Positions 55,201-64,000 of a DNA stretch of 64,000 bases are shown here, piece after piece. Source of the DNA: Oopsacas minuta (lineage: Eukaryota; Animalia; Porifera); contig JAKMXF010000324.1 of NCBI GenBank assembly GCA_024704765.1, positions 124,001 through 188,000 of the forward strand, given 5' to 3'. Made by a program: the position numbers and the translations under genes. Each line of letters begins with the position of its first letter. Position 1 is the stretch's first letter. The notes under the pieces are model-generated. The model was not told the origin of the DNA. It searched no databases and saw nothing but the letters and a program-made list of their open reading frames with translations.

Positions 55201-58200
55201 TGTTTACCATTTAGCATTTTAAGTATTGTGTCTTGACAGATTTCGAAATTTTCTCCAATAACATTCAATTAATTCATATACATTAGATTCTCGTTATAAC
55301 AGAGTGATCAGGATCCCGGTTTCATTTCGTTACACATTATATGCAATAAGAACCGATAATATCAAATAGGATAATTTGTCCCAAAGGCCAATTCCACAAG
55401 CAGAATCTCTATCCTCATGGCTAACGGCTCAGGGGAGCAAAGTTCTTACTCAGACCCGAAGAGATGAACAATTTTCCACTTTCTTACCAGCATTTTATGG
55501 ATTAATAATAGTGATACATTACTAGAATACATTTATACTTCTTCATTACTGGCTGCAATCATATTTCAAATTATACACTAATGCCCCGTGTCTATTGTAT
55601 GTAGATTACGATGCGTGATAATATATGCGGTCAGAAATTATTGAACCCTAAGGGAATATTATAAAATACACTCACTGTAGCATAGCTTGCTTCATAATGA
55701 AGAGTACAGTTGCCCACAGATTTTGCCCGGCACGTCTCGCCCGCCTTTTCGGACATGAATTGAGGCTAATATCCCACCGAAACTTGCCAAAATATCCTGT
55801 TTTTATATGCTTCGTCTCACGATTCCCGCGGAATCTATACTTTCAGTTCCATTTTGTTCTTTTCTTAAAGATTTCTCAAACTTTTTGATTAATATGTAAA
55901 CCTCTCACAACCCAAAATTTTCCCGTTGATTTTAGCACAATCACTATTCAGGTAAGACGTATACTCGGTTAGTGTATGCTGACTTTTGGTTTTTAGTTTC
56001 CCAAAGATACTTCTTATCCGAGCTCTACTATACTACGTTAGAAATAGACGAAAATATATGATAACCAGAGGGGGCACGGATGAATCTATAATTCTAATCC
56101 ATAATCCATAATCCATCCCGCCCCTCTGATGACAACTATAAACAATATTCACAATATATTATTGTAAAAAGGAAGTAATCATACTCCATTACTAACAGAT
56201 AGAAATCGTTCATTCATTTAATTAGGTGTGATGTATACATTTCGTGATTACTCTCTTTATTTATTATGACTCAACACTTCGTAAACTATTGAATTCTACC
56301 GTAAGCGTGGAGAGTAATCAATCCTCTATACTATTGTAATACGTCACAGAGGTTCCGTCCTACTCGAACGTTATTTTTTTGGAATATTTTATCCTGGTAT
56401 GTAAGGTTCTAACCTCTGCTCGAGGGTCATATAGTCTGCCACAAGCTATGTCTAGCACTACCGAGTATACGTATTGACCTTATCCGAGTTCTACTGTACT
56501 TGAAAGAATTGTTAACAAGTAAATTTACATATGATTAACTCGAAATATCGAAAATTTTCACTCAGGTTGGCAAGTACGTATTTATTATTTGGTGATACAC
56601 ACGAACTATCCTCTCTAAGAGGGGGTGTGTCTGGAAAGCTATTAGTCCTGGGTCTTAATCTCCAAGTAGCTCACAAAACTATAATCCATCGAATAATCGT
56701 CACAATTAATATTTGGGTGATGTGTACTCATTTTGGGGAGATAGCAAATGGCCTGTGCCTTTCCGAACCAGTCAGAGGCTATGCGTACGAGCATTGAAAC
56801 TACTCAAATAACAGTTCATAACTCAATAATAGTTAGTGAATTTTGCTGCGATAAGCGGTGATGACTGTATTTTTAAATAATAGATGTGGTACACTTTATT
56901 TCTCCTGAATTTCTCTAGAAGATATAATTATCTAAAAATGTGAGAAATGCAGATTTATACATCTAATATCCTTAAAAAATTTTACTACATCATTGTCACA
57001 TTATTGCATGAATTTGTATTGCACGCGTTTGTTGATTTAAGAATTCCTCTTACCACAATCTATTATACCTTTTTAGCAAAAACTAGTATACGTAATTAAT
57101 GTTCTACCTTTTGAAGTCTTATTTTAAATCATGGGACATGTATGGAATATACAAATTTTACAGCCATTATGGTATGTAGCTTGAATACTGCGGGAATATA
57201 TTAGTCATATGCTAGGGAATCCTCCCAAAGTGGATATATACAATTGAGGCATGCTTGTGTATTTTAATGGCATCTTAAAATAGAGATAATTTGTAATATA
57301 TTATATTGTGCATTCATGTGAGTTATATTCAACCATGTGTGAGAGTAATGATGGTTGCTTCGATACACCCAGACCTAGTTTGGTAGAGCTTCTATCTGTC
57401 AAGGTCATTTGGTTATGATTGCAAAACACATATATTATTTGGAAAGAATGATGTATTCTATCGTGTTAGGGGTAATTTTTGCCGGAAGTAGATATTAATA
57501 TAGTCTCGTCTACTAATTCAGAAATTGCACCTAATCGTGACAGTCGGCGAGTATAGTATTTCTTATTACTTTTAACGGGAAATTATGTTAATATTTTGTC
57601 ATAGAAATCTTCTATGACAAATTCGAATTTTTGTAGTTTATTTTGACAATTTTGCATTGATTTATTCGGCACATTTGGAGGACTTTTCGAATAAAATTAT
57701 GATAACTCTCCCCTACAAGTTATCTAACAGTCTATGGATGCGCCAATATCCTTTTGAAACAGCCTATAAGTATAAAGATATTACTTATTTGTTTATTCAT
57801 TTACTGGGAAGAATATTTCCTTAACAATTTTCCCAAATGACACAGGCATAAATATTTAAATAACTCGAACGTAAACTTCGATGATATATTTACTTTCATA
57901 ATATCTCATTACAATCACGCGCTCTATTCCCTCAATTCTATCTACACAATCTAACTCTATTGAGAGGATAATTTACAGATATTTTTCTAAAACTTCCCTT
58001 CATATTCTACTTTCATTTTCCCTTTGAGACAAAATTAAATCAAATATAGTAGTATGAGTAATGTTAATTTGAGGTATAACAAAAACATATCAATAAAATC
58101 AAGTGATGCTTTGTATCATCCAAGTATATCAGCGAACATTCCATCTGAGCATTAAGCTCTCCACGCTTTGTCCATGAGCTAAGTTAAAAACAAACAAAGC

Positions 58201-58224
58201 AATATTGAGCTGTTTTAAAGTTGT

Positions 58225-59211
58225 TTATGGTGATGGACTTTCGGAGTCTGGTGTCCCTGTCCCGTTATCAATACTCGGTGGATATGGGGGACATTTTGGG
58301 AGATACATGCTCGCAATCTCATCCTTCTCGGTAGGAATCCCATCATACAAGTGGCCTTCAGTTGATGGGTAAATTGGTGGATATTCGTATTGTATTGGAA
58401 AGCAGTGTAGTTGATGTGATGGAATATCCATGTTATATGATGGGAGTTGTTGCGGGAATTCATTTTGCTCGTCAATGTAATGGTTTATAACTGGTTTGGT
58501 GTCGTAATCGCTTGGCAAAGATGGTGGAGATGGAAATTTAGACATTAGCCCTGATGGCGAATACGGTGAATGCAGGATATCGTTTTTGAGCGGTGAACTT
58601 GGATCGAAATCGTAATTTGATTCTGGATAATGTGGATTAAGTGATGTTACGTCTTTCGGGCTTTGCAAAGGACTATCTTGACTTGATTGCAACATATCTG
58701 ATGGGTTTTGGAATTGTTGCAGACCAGAATGAATCGATGGAAGAACTGTTTGATTCGGGTAAGACCACATTCCGCCATTCGGTAGGAAAGCCCCGTCTGT
58801 AGTATAGTGTGAAGGGTGTCCTAGAAATGGTACAGATTGTGGGAATTGTGCTCTTGCGTGCATTGGGTTAAGTCGTTGCAAATGATGAGGATAGCAACTA
58901 CGAAAAGGTTCCATTCCTGCTAACTGGTTTATCGGTAGTGGCTTTTTAACTTGTTGTTGAGTCTTTTTTCTCCGCGGCCTGTATTTGTATTCGGGATGTT
59001 TTTTCATGTGTGATGCTCGAAGCTGTTTGGCCTCTTCGATGTAGGGTGACTTATTCTCCTCCGATAATAGTTTCCATTTTGCTCCCAGTCGTTTCGAAAT
59101 TTCTGAATTGTGCATTTTCGGATTTTCTTGTGCCATTTTTCGTCTTTCTTCACGTGACCAAACCATGAATGCGTTCATTGGTCTTTTGACTCTATCTTCT
59201 TCCATTTTCAT
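58225..59211 (-). CDS. SoxB: SoxB-group HMG-box transcription factor (328 aa, intronless)
   Basis: [44 protein letters not shown]...[11 protein letters not shown]. The ORF-track start at 59316 is a TTG; the first ATG is at 59211. Confidence 0.93.
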   Translation of the reverse strand: MKMEEDRVKRPMNAFMVWSREERRKMAQENPKMHNSEISKRLGAKWKLLSEENKSPYIEEAKQLRASHMKKHPEYKYRPRRKKTQQQVKKPLPINQLAGMEPFRSCYPHHLQRLNPMHARAQFPQSVPFLGHPSHYTTDGAFLPNGGMWSYPNQTVLPSIHSGLQQFQNPSDMLQSSQDSPLQSPKDVTSLNPHYPESNYDFDPSSPLKNDILHSPYSPSGLMSKFPSPPSLPSDYDTKPVINHYIDEQNEFPQQLPSYNMDIPSHQLHCFPIQYEYPPIYPSTEGHLYDGIPTEKDEIASMYLPKCPPYPPSIDNGTGTPDSESPSP

Positions 59212-59570
59212 TTTTTCTGCTGAAAATATAGTTCGGGGAGTTAAATTTGTAATTTTGCTGGTCTGTTTGATATTTTGTTCTAAATAATATAATACTAACT
59301 TGTTGTATTTACTCAATTCAGTTATACTTGCAATTGTTTGTTCAATCGCTTGCTTTTATACAAAAATCGATCATTACAGACTGTATTGAAATATACTACT
59401 CAGTAATACAAGACTTTACTTCAAGTTTCATAATCCTTTCGATTAGACAGATTATATCAAAAACCGGTATTTTGTTACATTTTCGAATAAGGCCAAATTA
59501 CAAAGTAATAATTAGCGATTTGCCAAATATAAATATTGTTATTTCACACCTTCTAAAATGTTGTAAATGT

Positions 59571-59730
59571 ACAGTCAACTCCTGTTATACCCAAGCTCAA
59601 AGGACTGTGATAATTACTCAGATAACCGATGGAATATATGCCACTTTGACAGTTTGGGACCATATTTGTACAATATAAGACTTCAATATAAGCGGGTAAT
59701 TCTATATATCCGTGTTCGGGAGTTGACCGT
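59571..59730. mobile_element. MITE family 1, long variant
   Basis: TA|cagtcaactcctgttata...ggagttgacc; its right part is the reverse complement of 33238-33330. Confidence 0.8.
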
Positions 59731-61950
59731 GGTTGTGAATAAATAATTTCAAAACTCACCTTGTAAAGACAAAATCCTAATATATGAGTACGAGTGTTTA
59801 GAATAAGTATATTACCTGTGAGCATTGCCTTTATACTCTCTATATAGTCTGGTTTTACGGTTTAACCAAGATTTGATTCACAATTATATGTGGAACTTCA
59901 GAAACATGCGTTTGTAGAATCGAATCATGAACTGAGAAATTATCGGCTACGCTTTTCGCATATATTTTCTGCAGATTTATCTCATATTAATCGTGTATGT
60001 AATTTGTTAGCGTATTTCAACATTTTTCGTCAGTAACGGTTCATTGATTTTGTTTGAATTTAATTATTTGGAGTGTCAAAGAATCTACAGCATACTCCGT
60101 TACAATGGGACCGGGCCATTTTGACCCGATTAAAGCAAATTCTATACACAGCAACAAAACGAAAAAGATGTACGAATTTTGTTTCCCGATTGAGTACGTC
60201 TTCCACTGTACTTATGACCTTCAATATACATACCCTTTACCATACATATTGAAATTAACACTAACCAGATTCTATGGAATTTGTCGAATTAAATTTCCCG
60301 AACTTATATCTGGAACTATCATATCAATATTGTGTAGATAAACTGCTTTCAATTTTGTAATCATTCCAATTGATCAACAATTCTCAATAAATACAGAAAA
60401 TGTGAGTCAAATTCTTATTAGGATATATTTTCAGTTTCATAGAAGGAGAATTACTCAATATGTTTTTATCCAGAATATGTTTGTATATTTCAATATTCCA
60501 TATGAAACTATTTTGAGTTAATTTAATTAAGAGAGAAGCTTTCTATGAGGGATCCAGACCTAACCTCTAGAGATAAATCTGGAGCTAAGAGTATATTGGA
60601 ACTAACGCCCCTAATTGGCCATCGTAATTATAAATGTTTCTTTACAGGATAGTACTCATAGTTTGTGATATATACATTTGAATTCCTCGTGTTCAGAAGC
60701 GTAACTAGGTGAATTTGATTGTGACACAATATTACAAATGTTCCCATAACATTTGAATGGAAACCCCAATTTTTCGTATACTCAATGCTATATAATATAA
60801 AATCAAAATTTTTAATTTATCAATCGAATGAATGGGTCCATTAATTAGGCATAAATATATATTAAGGTTTCCCATTACTTCCTTCAGGCACAGGATCTGA
60901 ATTTGGGCTTCGATTTACCTCATTTTCCTAACGATATCACTTCGTATTCCTGCAGGTAGTCTTACTATGGTTAGATTTCTGATTATCTTACTATTAATTC
61001 TAATTTAATACTTGAGGGAGTTTGCAATTGAATACGATGGTTTTATTCTTAGTAGAATGCATACAACAACCAAATTTCCATGTCCCTACGAGTGTTGATT
61101 TATTCAGGTCCCAGTGTATATAGAAATACCCGCTTAAGTCTGAAACTATACAAATATGGGCTCAAAGCATCAAAGTAATACAATTCATCGGTTTATATCG
61201 GAGTAGTTATCGCGGAAATGTTTATAAGTTTATGGTGATAGCATAGTTTCAAGACTTTTACAATGGTATGCATCCTACTTTTAGAGATCGTGCTTTTAGA
61301 GATGGTGCTTTGATAATTCCTAGAATTTTTGGCCAAATGAAATTGATTAACTCCAAATAGGCCATACATAAAGGAAGGGTTTAAGTCCAGTTTGATTCAG
61401 ATCAAAAGGCGAAACATATACCATATGATTAATTCTTCCAAAACCAATCCACCACAACCGTAATTCGATACAACAGAAGAGTTATTTTGGTCATTTACTA
61501 ATGTGTGTACTTGCTCGATAATCACCTTATACCACCAAAGTTCGAAAATACTACTTCTCGATAGAGTATTAAAAATATTAAGAGGATAAGTACCATGCAA
61601 AATGCAAATCAATTCCTTTGAGAATTTGTTCGTTTTTACGAGTGTTCATAGCATTTTAATTGTGTGCTTTGATCTAACTGTTCGTATCTAACCTCTAATC
61701 GATTCAATTTACACACTACTTATATTATAATTGCCAATTAAATACAGGTTATTGCTATTACTAACGTTTGTATGTTACTTTCCAATGCGTTCTACAAATT
61801 AAATTCGCCTTACTTTACAAATAATTATGTCCTTGCGTTCAAGGAGAAATTGGATAGTTCAAACAGACTCCACTTTTCGCGTTTATCCACGTCATATACG
61901 TATATTAATTTTACAGATTGAAATATGCGAAGAAAGCAACCTTTTACATA

Positions 61951-62084
61951 CAGTAACTCCTGTTATATCTAAGCTCAAGGGACCTTGATAATTACTTCGA
62001 TATGGCCGATGGAATATATATTACTTTGACGGTTTGAGGCCATATTTGTACAATTTAAGACTGCGATGTAACGGAAGTTGACAG
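61951..62084. mobile_element. MITE family 1, complete copy
   Basis: TA|cagtaactcctgttatatc...gatgtaacggaagttgacag|TA. Confidence 0.85.
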
Positions 62085-64000
62085 TAATTCAATTTTCAAT
62101 TGTACATTGAACTATAATATTGTACAAATTCCAAATATGCTCTGTGCTAATTAAGTAGATCATTAATCAAAATAACAATTATGTTGTGGCAGTATTCCAG
62201 TGGCTATGTAGACATATGCCCAAATGCCTCGTCATTTATGTGAAATATACTTTAGAGGGACCCTAGCGTATGAAATGGTTTCACGCTACAAGGGATACCC
62301 AAAGGATTCTATGAATGTTGTTAACCCAAACTGTGAGTAATAATCGCTAGGTAGTTCCATGTAACCATCTCTCCTTTGAACTAGAATTGGCTTCCCTCCT
62401 TACTAAAAGCAAGCGTGTTTCTGCTAGACTAAACTTTGGTATAAAGATTCTTATCAAAAGTGGTAGTCTTGCTGTCGTTACCGATATCGCGGATTGTTAT
62501 GTATTACCCTTGTTTGAGGTTGAAGTGTTAACTGTTTTACAGTTTCTGATTATATTTGTTTGTGTGTTTTAGAGAGTAATATTCCTTTTAAGTTTGGTTA
62601 ATTGAGTTTTAATCAATTAGCTGACGAGATAATTATGCCAGCCAATTTTATAAATATTCAATTGAAACTCTTTGCCGAATAGTATGATTAAAGCCCGCTC
62701 AAATAGTTTAAACAAGGGAAATCTGGCGCCCACACGAGGTCATAAATTTCATACTTCCCCGGATTTCTGGATTATCCCGCGATTTTATATGACATCTGGA
62801 AAAAATATTAGATATGTCTCGAAAATTTCTGAAAATGAATATTATTTGTATATAAAATTAGAAATCTAGGCAAATTTTGAAAATCTTGCGACTTCGAGAT
62901 AATATCCAAGAAATTGTTCTGACTCAAAATTGTGCATGCGGGTGGGAGAATTAATAATGCTGCCATTTGGCCTGTGGTCATGATAAACTGAATGAAACCA
63001 TGATAGGACTATTGTAGAATTTTCGCAAGTGTATAATCTTATTTGTTAATTACACACCAACAGGTGTAATTCATTCGACATTAACTTAGTTCATCAAATG
63101 ATATTTTTGTCTGTACCGCGCCGATTGCAAAGTCTCTATGGCCTGGCCTATATCCTTGTATGGAAACTGTCCAAATTGACCCAATTAACCGGCTGTCCTG
63201 ATTAAGCCGAGTCTAATGTAAGTTAATATATTATACCATTTCTGGTATCAATTATTGTCTCGAGTTGCAAGGTCAATCTCTTCTGTAACCACAATATTTG
63301 AATATTATATAATTAATTCACATGCTTCTGTTAGATTGTTTCAGGCTGGGGACATATGCTAATATTGATAATTACATTAACATGTAGTGATAACATTCCT
63401 CGAGCGATTTTGGGGAGGTTTTGTCCCTCTTTGCCCCATGAGCATGATCATTTTCCAATTTTGACAACTCTTACTTGGATTAATTCTCGGATTCGGAAAG
63501 CTTGTAAATCCAATTTTGGCTGTAAGAATTTTACTAACCGAATCACAAATCCAATATACATTTTCCATGAACTTTTGGATTTCAAATTCTGGAACATTGC
63601 CTTTAACAGTATTCATGTGGTAGAATTACATAATTTCTAATGCTCAACCAGTGTTTAATTACCCACAGATAATGCGTAGATATTGTTTATTCAGTTACAT
63701 TGCATGAAACCGTAAAACTATTTGTGAATTTATATTTTGTAAATATTAATTTAGAATATTGTGTGGTCAAGTAAGCATGTAGTATGTTAATGGTGCAGCT
63801 ATATCATATGTAGGATTTTGCGTTTATTCCTACATGTACATTAATATAAGGGGCTTTAATTCGGTCATAATGGGCAAACATGTGTAGGCCAAACTACAAT
63901 CCGTCCTGTAGCATTTACAGAAAGTAAGGAGAAGATAAATTTGAGGAAAACGGGTGTTTTCCAACTTTTTTTGGGAAACTTCCCATAGTTTCCGTATATT

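Noticed and set aside
54968-55210. 80-aa ORF as a possible transposase remnant
   Set aside because: No catalytic motif or terminal repeats were recognised.
59212-59316. 35-aa extension of SoxB
   Set aside because: It has a TTG start and AT-rich UTR-like composition; the first ATG is at 59211.

Overview
AT-rich, compact eukaryotic (metazoan) genomic DNA. The intron-poor genes, short introns, dense MITEs and expanded RING-less NHL genes suggest a sponge, possibly a glass sponge such as Oopsacas; this is inference only. Supported genes in order: the 3' part of a WS/DGAT acyltransferase; a divergent NHL protein; a frameshifted NHL copy (A); a 7-exon cyclic-nucleotide-binding-domain gene whose 4.4-kb intron holds NPRL2 (same strand) and DAP3/MRPS29 (opposite strand); an orphan C2H2 zinc-finger ORF; a 4-exon orphan coiled-coil gene; PLPBP/YggS; INSIG; NHL copy B; a 5-exon MITF/TFE bHLH-ZIP gene; a SEFIR/TIR-like plus death-domain-like protein; a TBC1D25-like RabGAP; Golgi alpha-mannosidase II; NHL copies B' and A' (inverted); and SoxB. 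The strongest candidate for an undescribed system is the four near-identical coiled-coil+NHL genes. Their differences concentrate on the predicted ligand-binding top face of the six-bladed propeller, are shuffled between copies in a mosaic, and their flanks are recombined (A5'-gene-B3'-B5'-gene). This looks like a recombination-diversified recognition repertoire. No rRNA, tRNA or CRISPR array was recognised. All alignments and counts were done by eye, and repeat boundaries are approximate.
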